DNA from: Lytechinus pictus
Lineage: Eukaryota
Reading direction: 5' to 3'
Assembly (NCBI RefSeq): GCF_037042905.1
Contig: NC_087250.1
Span: 17,362,001 to 17,426,000 of the forward strand
Length of the DNA stretch: 64,000 bases
The first letter of the stretch is position 1, and every line of letters begins with the position of its first letter. The notes under the pieces are model-generated. The model searched no databases, was not told the DNA's origin, and saw only the letters and a list, made by a program, of their open reading frames with translations. Made by a program: the position numbers and the translations under genes. This document shows positions 13,938 to 25,901 of the stretch, piece after piece.

Positions 13938-14041
13938 GATGGAAAAGAGGCTACCTAATGACGGGCATTTCAATGGATGGAAAAGAGGCTACCTAATGAC
14001 ACGCATTCCATTGGATGAAAAAGAGGCTACCTAATAATGAC
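13938..14041. repeat. 3 x ~39-bp tandem repeat (gatggaaaagaggctacctaatgac...)
   Basis: Three consecutive copies. Confidence 0.85.
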
Positions 14042-15157
14042 GCGCACTCATCACCAAATTGCAAAGAATTGTTTTCATAGTTTAGACAGTTTTACATTTA
14101 CGCGAATTTTCAATAAGATTTTTACCACCTATTTGGCGCTGAAATTATGAAATATCGTTTCTTCCGATGCTACGTTTATGAATTTAGCAAAAGATTTTGA
14201 CTAAACATCAAATTAGTAAATGAATTATAACGTTTATTGTCGTAATCATCACTGTCGTCATGATAAAGAATTGTACAGGCGGCCGTCATCTTAACTTGTT
14301 CTCCTGATATTTGCCTTCCAAGACATGTTTCTCAAGAGGAACTCATACTCATAATGTGTTACAATGTGTTGGTAAAAGTTGCTTCACACTGCAGTTCCTC
14401 TGTTCAGGCACATTAATTAGAATTCCAATTCTTATCTTTTAAGGTGCAAAGTGTACTATATGAATTTCATTTTGTATCTCATATAGGATATGTAGTGTCA
14501 ATCATAATTGACAATATTTTGTCTTCTATGTTCTCCATGTCACTCTCCTCTTCTTCACCACTTTCTGTTTTTCTCTCTACGTCACTCAATTTTCTCATTC
14601 TATTTTGAGGACATACACCCTCTCTCCCTCTCTTTCTTTCCATTACTCTCATTTCTCTCTCTCTCTCTTCGTCTTCTTTTCTCTCCCTCTTCCCCTTTGC
14701 TTATTTCTCTCTCTCTCAATCTTCTATTTATGAGATACATCCTTTAATTGGATCTAAGTTTTGATATAGAATACTGTAATACGTTTTTATTCATTTGATT
14801 TGTTATATCTGTATATTGTACTTCATGAATTTTTGTAAATTGGCCCTTTCAGCTTGTGCTGCTGGTCAATTTTTATGTGCATATATACCAATAAATAAAT
14901 AATAAATTTAAACTTGAAAATTTCTCCGATTAATAAACATTCATGTATTCAGTCGTTATAACAAAGATATTCTGACGCTTTAGTACCTCAATACAACAAA
15001 GTGAACTCAGTAATTACGGTTTTTTTTTTCTTTATACTCTGAAGCGCATAGAGGCAGAGTAGTTACTTTCTGTGATATATACACTCCGTTAGATTTTGTT
15101 ATTATCATCATCATCATTAATGATTGTATTCATTATTATCATTAATTTATTTCCCAG

Positions 15158-15298
15158 GGAGATTGTGATGGTCGGTTTGGATATTTTCCAGCATTCTGCG
15201 TGACCTTCCTCCAACCCTGGGAGAGAGTAATGGTAGTAATACATAGCTTCAAGGCATCCAACGAGAAGGAGGATGGGCTTACGCTGCGGAAGGGACAG
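15158..15298 (+). CDS. STAC: STAC-like exon, end of SH3-1 and start of SH3-2 (GDCDGRFGYFPAFCV...GLTLRKGQ)
   Basis: cccag acceptor, CAG|gtaggg donor, 141 nt in phase 0. GYFP motif with a very short linker to the second SH3, as in STAC proteins. Confidence 0.9.
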
Positions 15299-15662
15299 GT
15301 AGGGGGAAGATTAACGCTGGAAACCTTACCCGTTACAGTAGTGCCAACGAACGTAGAGGGCGTCAACGCTTTGTAGTGTTGACGACCTCTGCGTTCGTCG
15401 CATGGTAGTGCCTATATTGAAGTGAACTTCTTTGTTTCTTTTCCTTAGAAATAAAACAATTTTTTTTTATTCGGGAAGAAACTAATAGCAATACAATCAT
15501 TTCATTCCCAAAAATCAACACCATCTTTCGGTGTGCTTGTTTTTTCTTTAGAAGTTGAATAGCTTTTTATTAAAGAAAAAATCCCAAAATTTGCACTACG
15601 TTTTATTTACCAAGAGTCTATCAATATTTCTCATTATTATTTTACGTTTTATCCCTCCGTAG

Positions 15663-15773
15663 GTTGTGATTCAGATGTCCCCTGAGGATAATGGTTGGAG
15701 TCAAATGAGGACCGGGCGCAAAAGTGGTTATTATCCGTTCCAGTATCTCGAAGCATTTGGAAAACTGAAATAA
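15663..15773 (+). CDS. STAC: STAC-like last coding exon (VVIQMSPEDNGWSQMRTGRKSGYYPFQYLEAFGKLK*)
   Basis: ccgtag acceptor; completes SH3-2 and ends at TAA. Confidence 0.9.
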   Translation, partial: VVIQMSPEDNGWSQMRTGRKSGYYPFQYLEAFGKLK

Positions 15774-15902
15774 ACTTTTTTTCTTTGGTTGCGGTATTCT
15801 GCCCATGAGTACGAAACCATCCGACTGTGACGTCAGAGATGGAAGCTTCCTTCTGGCGAGCAACCATTAAAAAGTAAAATACGTGGTCGTACTTGCAGGC
15901 TT

Positions 15903-16197
15903 AGTAATAATAATATGTCCATTTATATAGCGCAGTTACTATGCATATACTCAACTGTGCTTTGATACTTGGTATCATATTATTACCCCTGCCGTAGCTG
16001 AGCCGCCATATTAATAGAGAGTTTAATAAAGCGTTCAAGGAATAAATCCTACCGGGTACCCATTCACCTCTCCTGGGTCGAGTGCAGCACAATGTGGATA
16101 AATTTCTTGTCGAAGGAAATTACGTTATGGCTGGGATTCGAACCCACAACCCTCTGTTTCAAAGTCCGGAGACTAATCCACTGGGCCACAACGCACC
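15903..16197 (-). mobile_element. tRNA-derived SINE just downstream of the STAC-like stop codon
   Basis: Reverse-complement head and core nearly identical to the 5921 copy, with a different 3' tail. Confidence 0.88.
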
Positions 16198-17483
16198 GTT
16201 TTATTTACATTTTATTCATTGAAACGTGGTTACAACTTTTTTACTCGTGTTGGTCTCGCAACCTTTGTGATTCGATCCAGGTCTGGCAAGCTGCTCTTGA
16301 ACGCGGTCGCGCCACTGTGTTTTCATGGAAAAAGTACCTAGATGTTCGCCAAGATACGTCAATGATCCAAAAATGTTTTATTTAACGTGCAGAATGGGTC
16401 GTCAAGAGTATTTTTTGCAATGATTCGCTGATGAGCAGAAAAACAGTTGGATATTATAGCGTGTTCAATACATGGTTCAATTAGCTTGTTTTTATGAATA
16501 CACAACTTTTTGTGTGGATACAAAAATCAAAACAAAAGTTCTTGAAAATCAATTCATAGAACGTGACATTGTTATCTGATACAGTACATAAGTAGCAAAT
16601 GTAACATTTATCCTGTTTGGTTTCAACATGGTTAAGAAAGGTTTAAAATGGGGACAATTGTCCAAAATCTTACGTGCGAGTTTTTATTTCTTAAAACTCG
16701 CATCACCAAAGATATGTGTCATCTTTTTGACAAGGTGTACAACGTTTAGGTCTTGCACCTATTTTTATCGCTATTTTTATTGGAATCAATTTCCATTATC
16801 GTGCAAATTGTGACACCAAATTGTACAGTTGTAATTGTAAATATGTATTTTAAAGAAGATAGTCAGGTGTACATATATATTTTGGAATTATTTTAATGAT
16901 ATAATCGTGTTTTCTAGAGCATTCTTTGAATTGATTTTATTCCATCCCCGTGAAATGGAATAGAATATTCCCCGGTTTATAGAAACCAATTACCTCACCC
17001 AAAAACGATTTAGCGGAACAATCGAAAAGCAGGGGTGTTTTGATCGATGTGATTACCACTTACAAAATGTAAATGGAAGACCTAACTAGCAATATTTATT
17101 ATGAACAAAATATATTTATACCACATGAAAAATACATTTATTTTTTAAAAGTGTGTTGCAATATTTGTTGGTAGATGATGAAACATTTGTGTGTGTCCAT
17201 GTTATTTTGCTCTTTACTTCGTGCATTCAGTGGCAGCAAAAACTTACTCAATATGACTTTATATATTTATCACAAGATCGTCCGGTTGATTTAGAACAAT
17301 GAATCTTGTTACACTTTGCTTAAGAAGTTTAAAACCCAGATGAAAAGTGGTTTATTAATCACTTGTAAGTATTTACAGACCTCTGTTTCTGTATTCTAAT
17401 AATGTAATAGATATTTTATATAAGCCTTATCATTTTCAGACAAGAGATCATATGTGCAGCAATTCAGTAGGTTTAGTAATACT

Positions 17484-17808
17484 GAATAATAATAATAATA
17501 ATATGGTCCATTTATATAGCGCATCTACTGTAATTGCATATACTCAACTGCGCTTTAGCTGTAGCTGAGCCGCCATATAGGCGCTAAAGCATTTAAGCAA
17601 TAAATCCTACCGGGTATCCATTCACCTCACCTGGGTTGAGGGCAGCACAATGTGGGTATATTTCTTGCAGAAATAAAACACGCCATGGCTGGTATTCGAA
17701 CCCACGACCCTCTGATTGAAAGGCGAGAGTCGTAACCACTAGAGTCTAGTGGTTACGACTCTCGTCTTTCAATCAGAGGGACGTGTGACTAGACCACGAC
17801 GCCCCCCA
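17484..17808 (-). mobile_element. SINE with an internal inverted duplication in the tRNA-like head
   Basis: (TAA)n tail, core ccattcacctcacctgggttgag, B box; palindromic segment at ~17708-17780. Confidence 0.85.
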
Positions 17809-17876
17809 TATCAAAAGTAGTGGGACACTGCTCGTGACTCTGATAATCTGATACAGTGTTGACACAATATAAAGAA

Positions 17877-18307
17877 TAAGCCAGTTCGTAGTTCCACTCT
17901 GCGCATGATCAGAGGAAGTTCAATTTATACTAAAGTGACATGGTGGTTTAAAATTTAATGAGATAAGCACTATCTTTGATGTCTTGATTATTCATATATT
18001 CTTTTGAATTGTGTTTTTTTATTTACATCCACAAAAAACAATGCGTACACGAACGACTGGTATTTCACAGTTTGCCAAGTTCATTGTACAACATGCTCTA
18101 ATATGCATTCAAAGTAGAAATGCAACAAATGCCTTCATAGAGTGTTCAATGGTGTGCTATTCTAGTCACCTGGTCTATTCAATTTCTTCAACCTGCTATG
18201 TAAGGCATCCTTACATAATATCTTGATTTGAAATCTGCCTATCTCAATGAAAGAAATGAAAGGTCATTTGACCAAAATTGTCCATGAAGTAACTACGAAC
18301 TGGTCTA
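17877..18307. mobile_element. Non-autonomous DNA element with CCAGTTCGTAGTT inverted ends
   Basis: ccagttcgtagtt ... aactacgaactgg; the TAG-like terminus is compatible with Academ but not proven. Confidence 0.55.
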
Positions 18308-18505
18308 TTATAGATCAGGCTACTCATTAATCGTGCAATCCTAGGTCACAAAACTGTTCATTCTTAACGCGAGGTATAGGTTGAATAGACAACGGAAAAA
18401 ATACCTTTGCTCATTGGTGTAGTGCGATCAAAAATGGGAAATTACGAAGCATTCTCGTTTTAAATGTACTGAGAGGGGTTTTAATGAGAGCATGTTTAGT
18501 AGGGC

Positions 18506-19183
18506 CATGGACCTATGAAAAGATGGACGATTAACGCGAGCATTTCTTTGATCCAATGATAGCCACTGTCACCTGGTTATGCGCATCTTAATGGAACATA
18601 CAGGTGTTGTAACAATAGAAATTACCATGACTACCAAGGGTATCAGATCACTCAAAGACGGAACAGTTTCCTGGTCTTGATTTTTATTGGCTGATACCCT
18701 GTTTCAGCATGTGCCTTTCAGTCAACATGCTTCATGGAGCAGCAAACTTGAGAAGCAAACGATTTTTATGATATGAAATATGATATTATTCGATCCGCTA
18801 ACTACCGCTCACAAATAAGGACTTCAATAACATTGAGAGATACACCATCTATACATGTTATGTGCCACGTATATCTGGAATATTATGGAGAAAATTGGGA
18901 AAATTGAATTTTAAATGTTAAACAATCAATCACAATATTGCCTCTATATTAAAATATGCAGACATTTCCCCAAATAAAACACATGGAACTTGTTATCAAC
19001 TGCGCATATAATTTGTGAAATATAAATGTCCAATCGCTAACTGCTTCAGTCCCTTCCCACGGTCACGATCATAGGACCAAAGAAGACTAGTATGAAGAGA
19101 ATGTTATTCAGATGACAATTACAGTCACCTGTTAGTGAATTCATTATCTAAGCGATGAATGTCCATCTCTTCATAGGTCCATG
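18506..19183. mobile_element. P-element-like MITE
   Basis: TIR CATGGACCTATGAA(A/G)AGATGGAC and 7-bp TSD GTAGGGC (18499-18505; 19184-19190). Confidence 0.8.
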
Positions 19184-19847
19184 GTAGGGCCTACCAATGT
19201 TTGCACGCGACGGGTTGGCTTCGCTTCCGCATCGTGGTTAATGCACAAGCCATTTGTTAGCTTTTGGCAAAGTTTGACCCATGAGAAATGTTAAGGTTCA
19301 CTTAAATAAACAAGTTTGAATGCGCCATATACGGTATTCCTTTCAAATGGTGAACCATTATAAGTCTGCATCTTGCCACGAGTTATATTATTGCGCCTTA
19401 TATTTTATTCATTGCATCGAATAATCTCGTTTGATTGTTGTTGTTTTTTTCAAATGTAATTGATAGTCTTCCACTGTTAGTTATTTTAGTCAATATGTGG
19501 TGATGTGCAATTCTTGAAAGTGTGTGTATGCGCAAATCTATATTCAATGGCAATGCTGAGAGGAATTCTCGTTTATTGATTGATTGATAACTGATTGATT
19601 ATGTTTATTACGGAAATGACGCAATGCAATCGGGACGGGATAAAAAGCATAGCGTTATTTTAATTTTGAACACGGCAATCTTTTCTTGCTGACAGCGGGT
19701 GGATAATCATAATCATTTCGTTACCTTCCTTTACGCATACCCCTCGCGAAGGAACGGTGGATATTTCTGGACGTCGAACGTAAAAAATGAGATGGTCAGT
19801 TTTTTATGTGCCTATATAGGCCTGATTATATCGGGACTATTACGTGT

Positions 19848-22750
19848 AAGTCAAGTCCACCCAAGAAAGATGTTGATTTGAATAGATAGAGAAAATTCAA
19901 ACTAGCATAATGCTAAAAATTTCATCAAAATTTGATGTTAAATAAGAAAGTTATGGCATTTTAAAGTTTCTTTTATTTTTTTTTTTACAAAACATGCAGT
20001 TATGCACAATTTAATGACATGCAAATGAGACAGACGATGATGCCCCGTACTCACTATTTCTTTTGTTGTGTACTTTTTGAATTATACAATATTACATTTT
20101 TTAAAGATTTGACAATAAGGACCAACTTGACTGAACCATATAGTATTAAAACAATGCCAGTTCCACATGTTCAGGGAGGAATTAATATTTGTTTCACTTG
20201 ACAATGAGGAGAAAATTAGAATATTTCATATAATGAAATACAAAAGAACTATTGAGTGGATGACATCATCAGTCTCCTCATTTGCAAACCAACCAGGAGG
20301 CTTATTATAATCACTCGGGTCGCGTTCGCGTTCGAAATCACTCGGGTCGCGTTCGAAATCACTCGGGTTTTGGATTTTTGGCGATTTTTTTTTATTTCGA
20401 TGCGATTTTTTTTCTAACGGTGTCTTCAATGGGACAAACACGCTGGGCAAATAAAATGAAATTGAAATTCTAGTTTCGTTTTCAGCCAGCAAATGCCTTA
20501 AATAAAATGCATCATCTTAAAGGCGCAAGTGCAATTAAAATGTAATAGAAGTCGCAAGCACGCGCGATGATTCGGAACATGTTATTAAAATGCTGTGGGG
20601 AGGTAAAGTTTTCAAATCAATTTATTACTATCTTCAGAAATTAACTTTTGATAACCAAGAACAAATATAAAAGAAGCGGGGTCCGCTATCACCACGAGGT
20701 TGAAGAGAAGTGTCTATCATCATAAAGGAGGTAAGAGAGTAGTGCAGTGATGTCCGTCGATAATACGACCTTTAAAATTTCACGGCGGCGTCCGCTATCA
20801 CCACGAGGTTGAAGAGAAGATATCTATCCTCGTAAACATCGTCAGAGATAATACTGCGTCTTTCTCCCTGATTAATGCGACCTCTAAATAGCTAGCACCT
20901 CAAAAAAATCTTATGTATATATGTTCTGAACGATCACGCACTGTAACTAGATCTACGCCGATATTTTATATCCGATTTTTCCTTCAAGGGGCATGATCGA
21001 AGATTGGCAGGTGATCGCGCCGATTGTGGTAAAATCGGGTAAAACCGGGAGCCGATTTTAAAATCGGTTAATTAGAACAGGTACAATTACGATTTTAAAA
21101 TTTAAAATTAATTTTAAATCGATTTCCAAAATCAATTTCAAAATCGATCTAAGATCAATTTTAGATCAGTTTTAGTATTAGTTTTTAAAAGCCCATTCAC
21201 ATTTTTACTGATGCTGACGAAAAGTTAGTTTGGTTGTCAGAGCGTTATTTGTCCTGCGTCTAAATAACTATGTCCGATCGAAGGACCGTTTTAATTTCGG
21301 AAAGGTAGGAGAGACAGAGAGAGAGACTGATCCCCGTTCAGCTCAACGTATACGTTTGGCACGCGAGCACAAAGAAGATCAATTAAGCACATCACCTAAT
21401 GCAATGTTTCGAGAATTTAGGTAGGGAATTTTTAGGTCTCCAGTTACTCTCCAGTTACTTAAAACATGATATGGCCATTTTATCTATAAAATAAGACAAA
21501 TTTTATGAGAAATGGACAATAGTTAAGAGCAGAATTTTAAAACGCCTATCGGAAAGATCGTCCTCAAAGCTCATTACGTATTAGACAGCTGGCAGCCGTC
21601 TGTTTCGAGTTTTTTAACATTTTTATTTCTCCTCGTACACAGACGGCTCGCTATGGTGCAACCATCATGACGGGGTTAACAATGCAAAATCCCCCATACG
21701 GCGCTCATCGATTTTTGTCTTTATTTCATAAAAATATATGGAAAGAACTGTATCAAATAAATATTATTATTCTGTTTTGTCCTAAAATGCACCAAAAAAA
21801 GAGAAAATAAACTTAAAAGGGGAAAAACAGTAACTAATTGCTTCGGCTGTCGCGCAACTTCACTTCCCCGTTTTATTGGAACTTAATGCATAAACATATG
21901 GCCATTGAGTCCCTGTACAGATCGAGCTAGAACTTCGGTCTCTGTATTGGTGAGTGGAGCTAATGGAGTTCAGCGGAACAACGAACATTACAGACTGGAG
22001 ACCGAAGCTTTTGGTCTAATTACGTATATATGCATTAAACCACGGATGGCTGGCTATGCATACCGCTGAATAAAATACTTTCGGACGAGCTGCAGACTGA
22101 CTGGCACTGTAACGTGGGATCTAACTCGGCTGGACTCACGTTACCTTGCTCCATGCTACCGATGCACGCCGTGTCCGACCGTGGCCGGGTCCCGCCTTGG
22201 GGCCATTGCATGCAGGCATACATGTCCGTACATGGGAATGACGATGTAATATCGATGTGGCAGATATGGCAAGTTCCGACTCGGAGTCCTCGTATAAAAA
22301 CAGTAGAAGTCTGGATGTATTCTACTTCTAGGATAGTTGAGCCACATGGCTGATTTGCTTGTTTGTTATGTTAAGCAGTAGGCGAGTGCCTTTTATTTAA
22401 GGCACTTGCCGGCTTAAAACGAAACTAGAATTTGAATTTCATTTTATTTTCCCAGCGTGTTTGTCCCATTGAAGACACCGTTAGAAAAAAAAATTGCATC
22501 GAAATAAAAAAAATCGCCAAAAATCCAAAACCCGAGTGATTTCGAACGCGACCCGAGTGATTTCGAACGCGAACGCGACCCGAGTGATTATAACAAGCCA
22601 ACCAGGATGTGCATTTAACTGTTTTGTGAAATTAAACGAAACTTTAAAATGTCATAACTTTCTTACTTGCAATTAAATGTTCATTGTTATGCTTGATGGA
22701 TCTTTCTCTATTTATTCTAACCAACATTTTTGTTGGGGTTTACTTGTCCT
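19848..22750 (+). mobile_element. Kolobok-like non-autonomous element (family of 38917-39506), split by a nested insertion
   Basis: 19848-20298 and 22608-22750 align end to end with the intact 590-bp copy at 38917. Confidence 0.85.
20299..22599. mobile_element. 2.3-kb non-autonomous DNA transposon with ~210-bp TIRs and 8-bp TSD AACCAGGA
   Basis: GGCTT(A/G)TTATAATCACTCGGGTCGCG... at both ends; TSD at 20291-20298 and 22600-22607. Merlin- or MULE-like, superfamily uncertain. Confidence 0.88.
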
Positions 22751-23176
22751 TTAGATGCACCATAAAATCCTGCGTCGTTTTCACGGCATATACGAAGTCA
22801 GTGGAGTTAAGCACCCCAGTACATGACAGGGCATTCTCAAGCATCTATTCCATACTGCCTATCCACTATCCTGGTGAAAGGGGTAATTTAGGGAAAAATT
22901 GATGTTTCAAGTAGTCGATATGTCGGGCAATGTTAGTCGACTTTGTGCATTATCTGTGTATTGTTGCTTCACTCCACCGACTGGTATAAGTCTTGAACAC
23001 ATAGCAGGCGACTATGACGTCGCCTTGGGTGACGTTCAATTCAAAAAGTCCCTATCGTTAGCCTGACCAGCACTAACAGACTTGGTCCTACTTGATGTAT
23101 GCCCTTTATCCCTCTCACTGGGGAGCATTCCAAGAAGAATCCAACCCCAGATTGTCGAGCGATCTTACTGGGTACC

Positions 23177-23392
23177 CACTGGCGGATCCAGGGGGGCAGC
23201 TGGCCCTTACCCCCCCCCCCCTCCCCCCTTTAGAGGCACAACTAAAATATGTAATGTAAAAATGCCGTTAAAACAGAAATGTGCCCCCCCCCCCCCCCCC
23301 CCTTTGAAAGTGAAGACCTTTTTTTTTTTTGTCAAATTTTTCCTCGGGAAAATGTGCCCCCTTTTCTAAAAGAAATCCTGGATCCGCCCCTG
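23177..23392. mobile_element. hAT-like MITE inserted in a degenerate minus-strand SINE
   Basis: CAnnGGCGGATCCAGG TIRs and 8-bp TSD TGGGTACC. Confidence 0.85.
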
Positions 23393-23533
23393 TGGGTACC
23401 CATTAACAACTTAACGCCTTGCCAATCAAACGTTAGCACCGCGGCGGGATTCGAAGGCACGATCCTGATATAATCAAGGTCATAAAGGTTAACGAATTGT
23501 TAACCTTTAAGGTTGATAAGTTTGGTAGACCAG

Positions 23534-24005
23534 GGCCCCTTCCTACAAAGAGTTGCGATTTATCCAATTAACCAAAACTATGGAAAGTCAGCAACGTCAA
23601 CAAATAAAGCATGTTCAAAATATTTCCTAGGATGTATATTCACACATTCATTTGTTGAAAGTTCAGTGTGCAAGGACATTGTGCAAATTTCTTGTAGAAA
23701 ATATTAGGACAATGATGAATTTCAATATAATTCAGGTTGATCGGATCAATCGTAACTCTTTGTAAGACGGGACCCTGGTTGCCGTTTTACAAAGACTTAA
23801 TTGTGATTAACCTCAACTTCACAGAAATCTATGTCATAACTTTCCCAACAAAGAAAATGCTCAATCTTTATTTTGTGGAGCACACTGATGAATGAATGTA
23901 CAAAAATCTCGATAACATTTTGACAAAACATGCATTGAGATGCTGGTGCTGCTTGCTTTCCATAGTTGTTGATCGGATCAATTGTAACTCTTTGTAAGAC
24001 GGGAC
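23534..24005. mobile_element. Two abutting CWG-target MITEs
   Basis: Both end in ...taactctttgtaagacgggacc followed by ctg or cag. Confidence 0.7.
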
Positions 24006-24583
24006 CCAGGGTACCATTTAATCAACGTTTGGCAACTTTCTGTCACTTCGATTGGCTGAAGATCGGTATCCGATTGTTGCTACGGTAACTGTCAGATAGA
24101 ACCGATGTTTCCAATACATCGACCTTTTATGAATGTGAATGTAATGACGCTGACGCAAGTCATAGAGTATTGTTCACCAGTTTACGGTATTCTATTTGGG
24201 TTATTTTTCGAAGTCTAAATATTTTGAGAACCGTAAGCCCAAAGAATGGCGATCGAAAATTATTGATTGATTAATTGATTGGTGTTAAGATGAACATAAT
24301 TTTCAAAGGTGCACGTAATTGTTTTCTGTATTACGGCTGTTCAGAGAGAACTTCATATTACTGTGCATTACTTTGAATATTTATGCGCTCTCGAAATTTG
24401 TTTTAACAAACACAACGGTTGGTTAAATCATGGAGCTCCATAGTTAAATCTAGATCTACCAACTGCATGATCCCAATTCTTTTTGCTTGGTTTTGTCTAC
24501 AGCAAACATTCGGTATGTTGATTTTTAAAGTTTGAACAACTTATACTTTAATTTTTTTACACTTCTGAGGGTGTGGGCGTTAA

Positions 24584-24822
24584 TACTCTCTAAATGCAAA
24601 GGGGCTCATCTGGCCCCTAATCACACTCATCAGAGTCCTGATGGAATGAAATTTCAATCTTTCAAGAGTGATTTTTGACCTTTCTTGGAGTGAAAGTGTG
24701 CATCTTTTTACATATTCACTCAAAAGGGTAAAAAATCAAAAATTTATCAGGAGTGGTCTCTCATCTCACTCTGAGAGGATTGTAGTTAGGGACCAGATTA
24801 GCTCATTTACATTTAGAGAGTA
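24584..24822. mobile_element. MITE (TACTCTCTAAATG...CATTTAGAGAGTA)
   Basis: Imperfect long inverted arms. Confidence 0.65.
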
Positions 24823-25225
24823 TACCGCTGAAATCAATTTCCAATATGATAAGGGAAGGAAAGGATAGAAAAGGGGGAATTATATACACCCTTTCCAACC
24901 TTTCATTTTCAAAATTTACGACTTCTGCTTCAAGCGTGTTGCTCTCAGTTTTTTTCCTGTTTTTATGATGGAATGTACATGAATATTTATTTTAAACATG
25001 CTGTATTATAAATATTGTAAATAGTTATGTACAAATTGTTAATATTCCAAATGTATATAGTCGTATTATAACATATATTTTACAAAATGATGTATTATGT
25101 ATTGTTTTTGTTCACACCATTCATGATCTATGGTATATATTTCGCAATACAATCGTTGCAATTGAAGGGTTAATATAAAAAAAACGTGTAGTTTTAATTT
25201 GTACCATCATCTTTAAAAATAACTG

Positions 25226-25380
25226 GGGCCTGTTGAATAAAACTTTTTACCTGAGAAAACCCTGGTAAAAACTTAAAACTAAGGTTGGTCTGATTTCTGC
25301 CATTGACTTTAACACAGGGCAAAAACTCCGGTAAAAACAACCTGAGTTTTCTCAGGTAAAAAGTTTTATGCAACGGGCCC
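25226..25380. mobile_element. CWG-target MITE
   Basis: gggcctgttgaataaaacttttt... / ...aaagttttatgcaacgggccc with CTG TSD. Confidence 0.8.
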
Positions 25381-25772
25381 CTGCTCTCCATCTAATAGTT
25401 TTATTCAAATGAATAAGCAAATCAAACAAGCTCTATAATGAAAATGTTTGGGAATGAAATATGAATACAGTGAAATGCATCATATTAGTAAAAAATGAAT
25501 TTGTTAAGAAAATTGCTTTTTATGGAATTCATATTACATGGCATATAGGAGAATTTGTAACTTTGTTAATTTTCTATGAATTTTCACAAAATCTTAACTA
25601 ATCCGCTTCTTTTATATTTTTGTTTTTTTTATTACGTTGATCGTGTTTTTATCCTTGATAACTTGATCATGTTGATGCTTTCGTATGTGGACATGGTTGA
25701 TTTCCCTTTTGATATGAAATTTAAGGGGGACACTTTTTGATAGATTGTTAGGCCGAACAAACTTTACATCTG

Positions 25773-25901
25773 GAGCCCGTAACACAAAGCTTAGCAATGA
25801 TCGTAGAACAATTTTTTACGATTGATTGCATAGACTACAATGTACAATCAATCGTAAAAATCTAGCATACGATCAATCGTTATGCTTTGTGTTACGGAGC
25901 C
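25773..25901. mobile_element. CWG-target MITE
   Basis: ccgtaacacaaagc ... gctttgtgttacgg inverted arms. Confidence 0.7.
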
